Assembly: GCF_963921235.1 (NCBI RefSeq)
Contig: NC_086097.1
Location: 157,792,001 to 157,856,000, forward strand
DNA length: 64,000 nucleotides
Direction: 5' to 3'
From: Mobula hypostoma
Lineage: Eukaryota
Part shown: piece by piece, positions 1-11,616 of the stretch
Layout: every line of letters starts with the position of its first letter
Position numbering within the stretch: position 1 is the first letter of the stretch
Position numbers and translations under genes: made by a program
The notes under the pieces: model-generated
Database searches by the model: none
Told to the model about the DNA's origin: nothing
Seen by the model: only the letters and a program-made list of their open reading frames with translations

Positions 1-385
1 GCCCCACCTTCTCCTTCACCATTCCCCATTCCTGTTTCCCTCTCTCACCTAATCTCCTTACCTGCCAATCACCTCCCTCTGGTGCTCCACCCCCTTCACT
101 TTATTCCATGCTCTTCAATACTTTCCTATCAGATTTCCCGAATCCTCTTGATCTCTTTCACCAATCGACTTCCCAGCTCTTTACTTCACCCGTCCCCCTC
201 CCAATTTCATCTATCACCTGCCACCTTGTCCTCCTTTCTCCCCTCCCCCCACCTTCTAACCCTGCCATCTCCCCTTCTTTTCCAGTCCTGAAGAAGACTC
301 TTGGCCCGAAACGTTGACAGTTTACTCTTTTCTTTAGATGCTGCCTGGCCTGCTGAGTTCCTCCATCATTTTGCGTGTGTTGTCT
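1..385 (+). mobile_element. Penelope-like terminal repeat (pyrimidine-rich, degenerate hammerhead motif at 283-320)
   Basis: Ends in ...gatgctgcctggcctgctgagttcctccatcattttgcgtgtgttg, the same repeat that follows the GIY-YIG Penelope 3' end at 28118-28540 and forms the hairpins at 21159 and 61634. Confidence 0.7.
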
Positions 386-811
386 TAGTAGAGGTGCCTG
401 TTGTGGCACATGTTCTGTGCTGGCTGAATGGAAGTGTTCAGTTTGGGGGACGGGGCAAGTGCTGGCTCCTGGAAAATGGTTAATTCTTGATTGATTTTGT
501 TGTGCAATGTCATTTTAACCTTATTATGATTAATGTATTTGTGGACATTTGTGGATGTGAAGAAGCATGTGAATTTATATGTTTCTTTCTTGTGTAGTTG
601 CTCAGGTTCATGGTAACAACTCCCCCACATTCCAAAGAATGGACTATTCCTTTCTCCTAGAGTATGGAGATCATTACTTAAAGGTTGGGTTTGGAGGTGA
701 GGGAGGTGCAAGGGAGTTGAGTGTTGAAGAATGGACAGATGAATGAAAGGACAGAAGGAGGAAGAGAGGGAGGGGTGAGAGAATATATACTTGTAGCAGA
801 CCTGCTTTTTC

Positions 812-2110
812 ACAGTGACCCCAGCGAAAACTGCTCTGTCTCTCAGGGATGTTCTCTTCTGCTATGCTGGTGATTAAGTGCTTCAGAATTATAAAGGCCA
901 GAAACTTCCCCGCAGTGGACAAGAGGGGGATGCCTTGGTAGTTAGTCAGCTTTGCTTCTCTTGTTTTTGAAGAGAAGGATGATCGTGCCATCCTTGAAGT
1001 CTTTAGGCAAGTCTTCTTTCTCCCAGATTACAACACGACCTTCTGACTTGAAGATCATAGTGGGGATTCCATCCTGCCCGGGAAATTTTTCCGAGCTTCT
1101 TTGGGCTTTCTTAACCTCATCCAACAGAGGAGGAAGTTCAAGGATGTCAACAAAACGTTTCTGCGGGATCAGGTGAAGTGCAGCCTGGTCTACAGCAGAG
1201 CGCCTGTTCAGCAGGTTACTGAAGTGTTCCCTCCACCTAGCATTGATACTGCCCTCCTCCCTCACCAATCTGTGCCGTCTGATGACAGGAGAGACATGGT
1301 ACTCTGTGTACGCTTGGTGTATTGCGTAATAGCACTAAAGAGTGGATAATTAGTTATTGTAAATTCTCCCAAGATTAAGCTAGGGTTAATTGGGTTTGTC
1401 AGGGGTTGCTGGGGCAGCATGGTTCAAAAGGCTGGAAGGGCCTACACTGCACTGAACTGATGAATAAATTAAACAATTTAAAGTTCTTGGTGTTGGTGTA
1501 ACACTGGACCTCTTCTGCATTCTCATCCTCCATTCTATGTAGGGCGGCCTCTGCCTGGTTCTGGAGGTGTTTAAAGCGACCAATTTTTAAATTGGAGGAT
1601 ATGTCAGACTTCCACACAATACAGGCTGCCAGCATCTTGGTAACATTCTCATTATTTTCAATGAACCAGTCTTGGTGATGCCTCTTTTTCGATCGGAGAA
1701 CCAATATTGCCGATTCCATCTCCACAGTTTGAAACAAGTCCCACTTTTGTGTTGTGTTTCCAATGAAGGGCCCATGGGACATCAGCTTGTCATCAAGACT
1801 GGCTGTGAATTGCTCATGGTGTTTAATTTGCTTCAGCTTCCCGATGTTAAAAGATTGTCTAATGACTTTTGGTTTCTTGCGATGCAATGGAGGAATGCAT
1901 AGTATGAGAATAGATCTATCCAGTCAATGATCACTCCAGCACTCAGCACTACGTATAGTCCTCGTGATCTTTAAATCATGAATGTTCTGCCGTGACTGAA
2001 GATGAAGTCGATCAAGTGCCACTGTTTGGATCTGGGGTGCATCCTTGTTACTTTGTATTTATCGGCTTGCATGAAGAGAGAATTTGTGATGGACAAGTCA
2101 TTTTCAGCAT
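812..2110 (-). mobile_element. RTE-clade LINE fragment (endonuclease C-terminus, tether, start of RT), degraded
   Basis: Broken minus-strand ORFs with FPGQDGIP, NYQGIPLLSTAGK...IPERQSSFR and HHQDWF; HPRSKQWHLIDFI near 2000-2040. Confidence 0.8.
1350..1478 (+). mobile_element. Short SINE/CR1-tail-like insertion interrupting the RTE fragment
   Basis: Non-RTE segment ending ggctggaagggcct...aataaattaaac between two RTE-homologous blocks. Confidence 0.45.
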
Positions 2111-2114
2111 AAAA

Positions 2115-2990
2115 GCACTAGCATCTGTGTAACAAAGTTACCTCTCAGATTTCACTCAAATTTTCCCCTCTTATCTTGTACCTTTTTGTTTTGGACTCCC
2201 CAACTTTAGGGAAAAGACTCTGATCATCCACCCCATCCATGCCACGTGATTTTATAAACTTCTCGGAGGACCTACTTCTATACTCCAAGGAATAAAGTTT
2301 CAGTGTAGCCAATCATTCTCTATAACTCAGTCACTCTAGTCAAGGCAGCATCCTCTTAAATGACTTCTGCACCTCTTCCAGCTTAACAATGTCTTCCCTA
2401 CAACGAGGTAACCGAAACTATACACAGTACTCTAAGTGCAGCCTCACCAATGGCTTAAAAAACTGCAATATAATGATGCTATTCCTAAAACTTGATGCCT
2501 TGACTGATGAAGGCATGTATTCTAAATGCCTTCTTCACCACTTTGCCTATTTGCATGGCCGCTTTCAATGAACTGTGCACTTCCAGGTCCCTCTGTTCCA
2601 CAACTCTCCTTCGTACCATATCATTCAATGTACAAGTTCTACCTAGGTCTGAATGCCCAAATTGCAACAGCTCACACTTATCTAAACTGAAACCTATTTA
2701 CCATTACTCGGCACATTTTCCTAACTGATCAAAACTCTTTGCAATTCATTGTAATCTGGATGACTATCAGCAAGACCCCCCTAATTTAGTATCATCAGCA
2801 AACTTGCTAATCATGGCATGTACATTCACATCCAAATCATTTACATAAATAATGAATAAAAGATGGTTATATTGTCCTCTGGGCTCCCCACTAACTTAAT
2901 CTATCTGCTTAGTTACCTCTTTAATAAACTCCAAAAGATTTGTTGGATATGACGCACAAAACCATGCTGACTACTCTTAATCAGGACTTG
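2115..2990 (-). mobile_element. CR1-type LINE RT/3' fragment, degraded
   Basis: Minus ORF with EQRDLEVHSSLKAAMQIGKVVKKA; FADDTKLGG-like at about 2780-2805. Confidence 0.8.
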
Positions 2991-3029
2991 ACAGCAATGG
3001 TAGATCTTTCCCTTCAGAATTGTGGAAGA

Positions 3030-3760
3030 AGAATGACATGTAAAAAAATGACAGTACCCTTAGGAGCAATGATATACAGAGGGATATTGGGGTGCAAGTC
3101 CATGGGACCAGGGAGGTAAAGAAGACATATCATATACTTGCCTTCTTTACCACTTGTCAGAGCATTCAGCATAAAAGTTAGGAAGTTATACTATAGATGC
3201 AGTATATAAAACTTTACTTGGGCCACATCTGGAATACTGAGTGCAACTCTGGTCATCACATTACCTGAAGTATGTGAAAACATTGGAGAGGGTGTAGAAG
3301 TTTTTCCAACAGGATGTTTGCCAGATTAGAGTATTTGCTATAAAGGGAAGTTTGGATGAACTCAAATTGTTCACTCTGGAGCATCGGAGGCTGAGAGCAG
3401 ATTTGATAGAAAAATATAAAATAATAAGATGTATAGATAGGATAGATAATCTTTATCCTCGGATGGAAATATCAAATCCTCAAAGGCATAGAATTTAGGT
3501 GACGGTGGAAAGTTTAAAGGAGACTAGTGACACTTATTTGTTTTTTTACCACAAACTAAAAATGCATGGAACACCTGGCAGAGGAGATGTTGGAAGCAGA
3601 TATGATAGCACCATTTAATGCACATTTAAACACATACATGAAAATGAAGGGGATTGAAGGATATAAACCACTGACACAAGCAGATGGGATTTATTTAAAT
3701 TAGCATCATGGTTGGTATAGACATATGGGCTGAAGGCCCTGTTCCTTTGCTGTATGGCTT
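3030..3760 (+). mobile_element. CR1-type LINE 3' end, degraded
   Basis: Similar to the 3' part of the CR1 at 42105-43950 (ggccacatctggaatactgagtgcaactctggtc; tail gggctgaaggccctgttcct). Confidence 0.8.
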
Positions 3761-4849
3761 GAAGGACAATAAAAGAATGAAGTCTGCTATTACTGTTGTA
3801 TAAAAAGATATAAGCACTCAATGTATTTTGAGCTAGTTTCATCCACCAGTTCTTCTTTGTATTTTTGTTTGTGCTAGACATGTTTTGCCCATTATATTTA
3901 AAGTTCCAGATTCCAACTGGTTCTTTTAAGGTCACAACAGATTTATAGAGAGATGATGTTCATTAGGATATAGGACATTAGTTAGAAGTGAGATGGAGGT
4001 GGTGAAAAGGAAAACAGTTTATATTCCTGACGAGATGAAGTATTTGAAATATCTTTGGAGAAATATTTCTCACCAAGACATTCTCTTCCACCTGTGGTGC
4101 TCTGGACCTCATGGAAAGCTACAGTCACTTTTGTCTTGACCATTTGCCCTTCCTTTTACATTTTCATTTCCTCAAGTACAAACAGTATGAACTTGAATAG
4201 AAATGTGCTGGATAACTGCCAGATCTGGTTGACCTTATAGAGTACCAACAGACCTTAGGCTTTCCTACCCAAAATAGTCACTACTCAGACTACCTAAGGT
4301 ATAATCTTGGGTTTTCTTTTCCTTCTGCAGATGCTCATCTTTTCAAGCTTAACCTTTAACACCAAGATCATTTTTCTTTCTTTGTATTATTAAGTCTGAG
4401 ACTATCCAATTAACTCCTCTGATATTTCTTTTCTTCCCCCTACCCAAGGAATGAATTTCCAACAAGGCTCCCTCCTGTTCTAGCTCCAAATTTGCATCTT
4501 TCTTTAAATTCTCTTCTAGTACTCTGATGCCATCCATAAGATTCAACTCATGTTTCCACACCATTCTTACCAATAAATCTTATTTCCTCTTTACTAGTTT
4601 AGCTGAAACTATTGTTGGTTCTTACTTCTCATTTAGTCTGCCCCTCTACCATAAATGTGCCATCATCAAAAACACCAACCTTGACCACCTGTTCCTGAAA
4701 CTATTGATCATCAGCAGCCTTCTATTCCTTTACAAGGGTCTTGAACATTGTGTTATTACCTAAACGTATGTCCATCTTTCTACAGAATCCACACGAACCT
4801 CACCAATCAGGTTGCAAAAAAGTCACAGGTTATGGAGCATCTTCTACCT

Positions 4850-6000
4850 CAAAGTCAGCAAGGACCTGGACCCATTGCAATTTGCCTATTGCCGCAATAG
4901 CTCAACAGCAGACACAATCTCAGTGGCTCTTCACACGGCTTTAGACGACCTGGACAACACAAAAACCTATATCAGGATGCTGTTCATTGACTAGCACAGC
5001 ATTTAATACCACCATTCCCACAATCCGGATTGACAAGTTGCAGAATCTGATCCTCTGTACCTCCCTTTGCAATTGGATCCACGACTTCCTAACTGGAAGA
5101 CCACAATCTGTGCAGATTGGTGATAACATATCCCCCTCGCTGACGATCAACACTGCAGCACCTCAGGGGTGTGTGCTTAGCCCACTGCTCTACTCTCTAC
5201 ATGCACATGACTGTGTGGCTCAAGCACAGCTCAAATACCATCTATAAATTTGCTGACAATATAATCATTGCTGATACAATCTCAGGTGGTGACGAGAGGG
5301 CATACAGGAGTGAGGTATGCCAACTAGTGGAGTGGTGCCACAGCAACAACGTGGCACTCAACATCAGTAAGACGAGAGAGCTGATTGTGGACTTCAGGAA
5401 GGGTAAGACGAAGGAACACATACCAATCCTCATAGAGGGATCAGAAGTGGAGAGAGTGAGCAGCTTCAAGTTCCTGGGTGTCAAGATCTCTGAGGATCTA
5501 ACCTGGTCCCAACATATCAATGTAGTTATAAAGAAGGCAAGACAGTGGCTATACTTTATTAGGAGTTTGTAGAAATTTGGCATGTCAATAAATACATTCA
5601 AAAACTTCTATAGTTGTACCGTGGAGAGCATTCTGACAGGTTGCATCACTGTCTGGTATGGGGGGTGTTACTGTACAGGACCAAAAGAAGCTGCAGAATG
5701 TTGTAAATCTAGTCAGCTCCACCTTGGGTACTAGCCTACAAAGTACTCATGACATCTTCAGGGAGCGGTGTCTCAGAAAGGCAGCATCCTTTAACAAGGA
5801 CCTCCAGCACCCAGGGCATGCCCTTTTCTCACTATTACCATCAGGTAGGAGGTACAGAAGCCTGAAGACACACACTCAGCTATTCAGGAACAGCTTCTTC
5901 CCCTCTGCCATCTGATTCCTAAATGGACATTGAATCTTTGGACACTACCTCACTTTTATAAATATACAGTATTTCTGTTTTTGCATGTTCTTTAAAAATC
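4850..6000 (+). mobile_element. Rex1/Babar-type LINE, 5'-truncated RT and 3' UTR, with stops and frameshifts
   Basis: [69 protein letters not shown] across broken ORFs. Confidence 0.88.
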
Positions 6001-6006
6001 TATTAT

Positions 6007-6026
6007 TATATATATATATATATATA
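6007..6026. repeat. (TA)n microsatellite
   Basis: Direct observation. Confidence 0.9.
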
Positions 6027-6039
6027 AATAAATGTCATC

Positions 6040-6760
6040 GATGGCAGAGTACAAAGTTAATAGCAGGACCCTTAGAAATGTGAGGTAACAGAGGGATTGT
6101 GGAGTCAAAATCCATAGATCCCCCAAAGTCGTCACACAAGTTTATAATGTGGTTAAGAAGGTGTATGGTGTGTTGGCCCTTATTAGTCAGGGGATTGATT
6201 TCAGGAGCATTGAGGTAATGTTGCAGTTCTCTAAAACCCTATTTGGACCATATTTGTAGTAATGGGTTCAGTTCTGATTAACTCATTATAGGAAGCATGT
6301 GGAAGCTTTAGGGGGGTTGTCCAGGAGATTTACCAGGATGCTTCCTGGATTAACGAAAATGTTTTCTGAAGAAAGGTTGAGCAACCTCAAGCTTTTATCT
6401 TTGGAGCAAAGGAGGATGAGAGAAGACGATAGAGATGCAAAGATGATAAGAGAGGCATAGATAGAGTAGACAGACAGTGCCTTTCTTCACAGGGTGGTAG
6501 TGGCTAATATGAGAGGACATACTTTTAAGGTGATTTCAGGAAAGTACGGGAAGGACATCAAGGTAAGTTTCTTTTACACAGACAGAAGTAAGTGCATGAA
6601 ATTCACTGCTCGGGATATTGGTAAAGGCAGATACATTAGAGACATTTAAGATGGTCTCAGATAGGCACATTGATGAAAGAAAAGTGGAGAGCTCTGTGGG
6701 AGGGAAGAGTTAGGTTAATAGGTCACACAACCTTCAGCCCATGAAGTCTGCACCATTGAC
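6040..6760 (+). mobile_element. CR1-type LINE 3' fragment, degraded
   Basis: gtggttaagaaggtgtatggtgtgttggcc and gagatttaccaggatgcttcctggat blocks shared with other CR1 copies in the window. Confidence 0.8.
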
Positions 6761-7270
6761 ACAAATTCTAAATTAATCCTATTTTTAAGTATGTTTTAAA
6801 CATATGTAAATAAATGCATATATATTTCTACCATTGCACCAATTTGGTTCTTGCAAACCAAAGGGAAGCTTCCAGCAAATCATTTTTTTCAAGTTAAGTA
6901 TTTAATGCCTAGGGATAATTAGTTTTGTAAGTAACAGGAACAAGAAATATTTATTTGAAGGAAGATTTCTAGTGTATGCTTGTTGACTTGGATTTTTAAA
7001 TTGTATGGCTTAGTTTTTACAGAGATGTATTCAAATTATACACAAAAGATTACATTGAAGAGAAGGAAATCACTGCTGACAATCACAGTTCTGTTTGACC
7101 CTAAATATGTTGCCCAGTCAAGGGTAATGTTTGCAAACCAGCCCACTTCTTGCACATTCTCAACCTAGAAAATCATCTAATTTGAACATACTCTGTAGAA
7201 CGTAATGACTGCAAAGTGATCCAATAATTTGAGTGGTTTATCTTCAATTTTGTTCTATCCATTTCTACAG

Positions 7271-7402
7271 ATGAATACCTTAAAAGGATGGAGAAAGTTA
7301 AATTATGGCCTACTGAGCCCTGGGATTAATCTAATTTGGCACAGCCATCGATTTAGTTTGGAGAACAATACGCTGCTACAGAAGATCCTGGAAAGTGTTT
7401 GA
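7271..7402 (+). other. Candidate terminal coding exon of an unidentified host gene
   Basis: Pyrimidine-rich acceptor ttttgttctatccatttctacag in non-repeat DNA; frames (D)EYLKRMEKVKLWPTEPWD* or MNTLKGWRKLNYGLLSPG...ESV*. Confidence 0.3.
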
Positions 7403-8335
7403 GAAAAGCAGCAAGATTGGATAAAAAGAAACACTTATGCAAAAATGTTATTTGACTACATAAATATATGTATATTCAGTGACTAGGAAATTGTTAATTT
7501 TCATACAGAATATTAAATATCTGCAGAAAAACACTTTTGAAGCATAATACAAAATGCACAAGGTCATATGAAAATAACAAACTAAATTCAATACTCATAG
7601 GATTGTTTTTAATCAGCAACACTATGAAACAAAATCCATAGAGCCATTCTTTCCCCATAGATTCAGCAGTCTCAATGCCAATGTTGTTTTCACTGCCAAG
7701 AGTCTGGAGCTATCGATCTCACACATCATTGGTTTATTGATCCGTTCTACAAAAAAATGTACTGTACTCAGGTCCCAGTTTCAAGTCACAGTACTTCAGT
7801 AATCTTGCTCAGACTGAAGCGTCCCCAGTGGGTATTATGTCAGTTTAATAATGGAGACAGGCTCGAAGATTTTACTCTTGTGTGTTCACTCATCTCTTCC
7901 AGAGGAACACACAAGTTATTCACTATTTCCCTTTGGGATTCTAAATACCTGAAATCGAATTAATCATGAGACAGAAGCTGTGGGGAATGAGTAAGCCTGA
8001 GGAACTGGAGGGCTCACTCTAATTCAATAGGATTGATGAAAATGTATTGGAAATGCAACAAAAACATTGTTAGATTTGCATCACTAAGGCAATGATTGAC
8101 ACATCTTGTTGGTATATTAAATTTAAAAGTTTCTCAAGCTCAAATCCCTCCACTGCCTTGCCTTGTTGGATCTTCAGATCTTGAACACAACATTTGGAAC
8201 TTCAATTCTTGCCTTTTTTGCATTCCGTCCTTCTTTAGTCCAGCAATGGTGGCATAAGCCTCAGTGCCTCAGGCTCTGCTTTTTTCCTTCACATTCAGAA
8301 GCTCGTTTCCATTAAGCCATCAGTTGCCCTTTCTA

Positions 8336-8360
8336 ATCTCTCTCTCTCTCTCCCTCTCTC
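8336..8360. repeat. (TC)n microsatellite
   Basis: Direct observation. Confidence 0.8.
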
Positions 8361-10684
8361 GCTCTAATGGATGGCAGCTGTTTTTGCTTTCCTTTCCTAG
8401 TTTTCTTGGCCTTCTTTGAAACATCTTTAGATGTTGACCATGGCATCAATAGGAACCATATAAACCTGAGCTGCTGCTGTACACTCCGATTACAGGGCCA
8501 AAAACAACATGGGAAGAATAAGGTCAAAAGAAAATAAATTCTAGAAATTGAGACTGACAATCCATTGAAACACTTGTCAGAAATTGTGCTTTGCCCTTTA
8601 AACATTCTATTCATTCAGTTTTTCTATAACAGATGCTTTATTGACCTCTACGTATGTCATTGATTTCAGAGCCAAAATAACCAGATCCAAAATTTGTCCA
8701 CAGTCTTCTTTTGTGAAAACAGTGTGAATGCATTTTTAGAAGGTATTGGCTTGGCAAGTGACAAAGAGGGATATGAGAAATACACAATACGCGTTCTAAG
8801 GGACCTTTATTGGCAGTGCTGTCTGGAGAGACTGAATGTGCTCTTCTCATCTCTTTAAGTCTAATCTAAACTGAACCACCTGCCTCATGAATGTTACCAA
8901 ATGTATCCGATACAGATTACACTCTCTTATCTGAATAAACTGCAAATGGGGATTGAATTTGAATAAATGGCCACTCTGCGTCTAAGATGGAACTTTGCCA
9001 TACAGTTTCCTTTCCGAAATCAACAGTTTATTCAGGAAAACAAAGTCAAGATCCAAGAATGCAGAACGCATGGTGTCATGTTGTAGAAAAATTTAACTTA
9101 GGACATTGCATTTTTGTACTCAAAAGTCATTACTTCTCCTTAACACAAGCAATTTGGTAGCACTATAATCCCAAATGTATAGCGGAACATAGGTTCAGAG
9201 TACATCAATCCTTAGGATGCTTTGCAACACAGCTGGAGAAAAGACATAAAGCAAGAAAGAATTGATGATTGTAAATAAATTTAAGTTGGTAGTAAAAGCA
9301 TGATTTTTTTAAAGATATCTGTCATGTTTGTGGTATGGGAAGCTGGGTGGCCGTGAATTACACACAGGAGAGACAGAGAGGTGAGGAACAAATGTGCTGC
9401 TGTTTTATTTTGCTTGTGAGTCATCTACCCAGAATGCGCTCTCACATTCCGCTCAGTGCACAACACACAGGGAAGCTTGACATCAACCAGTAAGGGTGTG
9501 GTGCTGGAGCCTCCATGATTGCCTTCACCTTTGATGGTGCCTGAGTTGTCGATCACATGGCCCAAATATTCAATTGAAGGTTGAAAGAACTCACACTTCT
9601 CCTTCTGGACACTTAGCCAAAATTCCTTGGGTCTTCGTAGTGACGTATCCAAGTTTTGCAGGTGCTCACGCTCATTTTTCCCAGGAGTGAGTAAGTCATC
9701 CGAACAGAATTGCACCTCTGTTAACCTGCTCAGGATCTGATCCATTGCTCTCTGTAAAAGTACAGGAGCTGACCTGATGCTAAGTGGAAGCCTTTGGTAC
9801 CTGAACATTCCTTTGTGAGTCAGCCGTTCCTGTGACTCTGGTTCCACATACACTTGACACAAGTCAATCTTGCTAAATATCTGTCCTCTGGCCAATCCTG
9901 CATAAAGGTCATCAATGAGGGGCAGAAGGTGTTCAGCTGTCAGTACTGGGTTAATGGTTGCCTTGAAGTCTCCACAAAGTTGTAAAGACCCATCCTTTTT
10001 TAGGACAAGAACCACTGGAGCTGCCATTTTACTTACACACACTGGTTCCAACATTTTACTCTGGAGCAGTCTTTCCAGTTCACCCTCTCCCTTTAGGTTG
10101 AGGGCATATGGGTGCAGTGTCAGGTTAAACAACCATCTTAACAGAGATTCCTTTGGCACTGCTCAGTTCTCCGTTGAATACTTCTACGTGTTTCTTCAAT
10201 ACCTCTTGTAGACCAATGCCCTCACCAGTCATGTGCACTTTGCGCGAGTTGATTTTGAAATGCTCCAACCACAAGCAGCCCAGACATGCTGGATAACTAC
10301 CTTTAACAATGTAGAGTGGAAGTTCCTTTCTCTGCTCATTAATCTCCACCGTAACATGTACTACTCTCCCCACTAGAACAACTTCACCAGTGTAAGTCTT
10401 TAAAATCGACCTTGGTCCGTCTGTGGTGAGATGCTGCAATTTCTCCTTGTAAACTGTCTCTGACACCAGCAATACTGCAGCTCCCGTGTCCACCTGCATC
10501 CTTGCTGTGGCCCCATCCAACCGCAGGGTCACCCAATAGTCATTGCTATGTCCTGAAACAGATAAAACATGCAAAGCTTCTTCAACCACAGAGTGGGAGT
10601 CAGTCCATCCTCAGCATGCTCCACCTTGTTCGCATTTCTTTCTGTTTTTCCAAAGGTCACTTTTCTTTATTACAGTGTTAGTGT

Positions 10685-11517
10685 TGTTACGAGAATACAT
10701 ATAAAATTAAGATGTTTGCTGGCCTGGGCTAGCATCAGTGGCATCAGCAGTTGGTCTGCCACCTGCCCTCAGGGGAAGGAGAGATAAGGAACAATGGAGC
10801 AGCGTCTGGGGATGTGTAATGAAGGGATGTGGGAGGAAGAGCTGTCTGGAGCGGCTCCCCCCTTTAAACCCTGAACTGTTTGAAGTGATGGACAGGCGAT
10901 ACCCCAGCAGGGGGATAAAAAGGGGACAGGGTCGCTAAGACACACACACACGCCACCCGAGGTAACGAGACCCTGGAAGCGGTGCGCTTCTCACGAGTGG
11001 GTGAGAAGTCCCAGACAACGACAAGGGTGGAAAGGTACGATCAGCGGGAACCCGGTGTGTGTCCGCCCTTGCCTGGGTGCCAGGTTCACTGCAGAGGATC
11101 GACCGCATCTGGAGGAGGGGTCACAGTCGGTGACCTCAGGTGACATCACCAAGGACCTGCCCAAAAGCTGGTTGTGAGCCATCCCGCTGGTCTGAATGAT
11201 GAGTTGTTCTCTCTGTCTCTCTTCCCCCACATTGTCCACCGCCATGGCAACGATTACTGAACTACTAAACTGGACTGAACTTTGAGTCATTTTGAAATTG
11301 GTCATTTACCCCTAGACAACGATAGAGCTTGATTGATGCTGTTATCTTAATTCTGTGCACATGTGTGGTTATCATTGTTGAATTGTTGCATTTATTATCC
11401 TTTCGATTACTGTGTTGCTTGTTTCTTTAATAAAACTTTCTTAGTTCTAGTACTCCAGACTCCAACTGAGTGATCCATTTCTGCTGGTTTGGCAACCCAG
11501 TTACGGGGTACGTAACA
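10685..11517 (+). repeat. 5' LTR (833 bp)
   Basis: Direct repeat of 14642-15498; 7-bp terminal inverted repeat; AATAAA near 11429. Confidence 0.97.
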
Positions 11518-11521
11518 TAAG

Positions 11522-11548
11522 TGGGGTTCTCGTCCGCGATTTTGAACG
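11522..11548 (+). promoter_or_regulatory. Primer-binding site, tRNA-Pro-like
   Basis: tggggttctcgtccgcgattttgaac resembles TGGGGGCTCGTCCGGGATTTGAAC (complement of the tRNA-Pro 3' end), 4 nt after the LTR. Confidence 0.8.
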
Positions 11549-11616
11549 CTAAATTTGGGACGGAGTAAATTGATTGGGTTAAAATTCCCGAAAGAAAGAA
11601 AAGACAAACAGCAGAA

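Noticed and set aside
8333..8850. Minus-strand ORFs of 93 and 70 aa as genes
   Set aside because: No recognisable homology; one ends in a microsatellite; lengths compatible with chance
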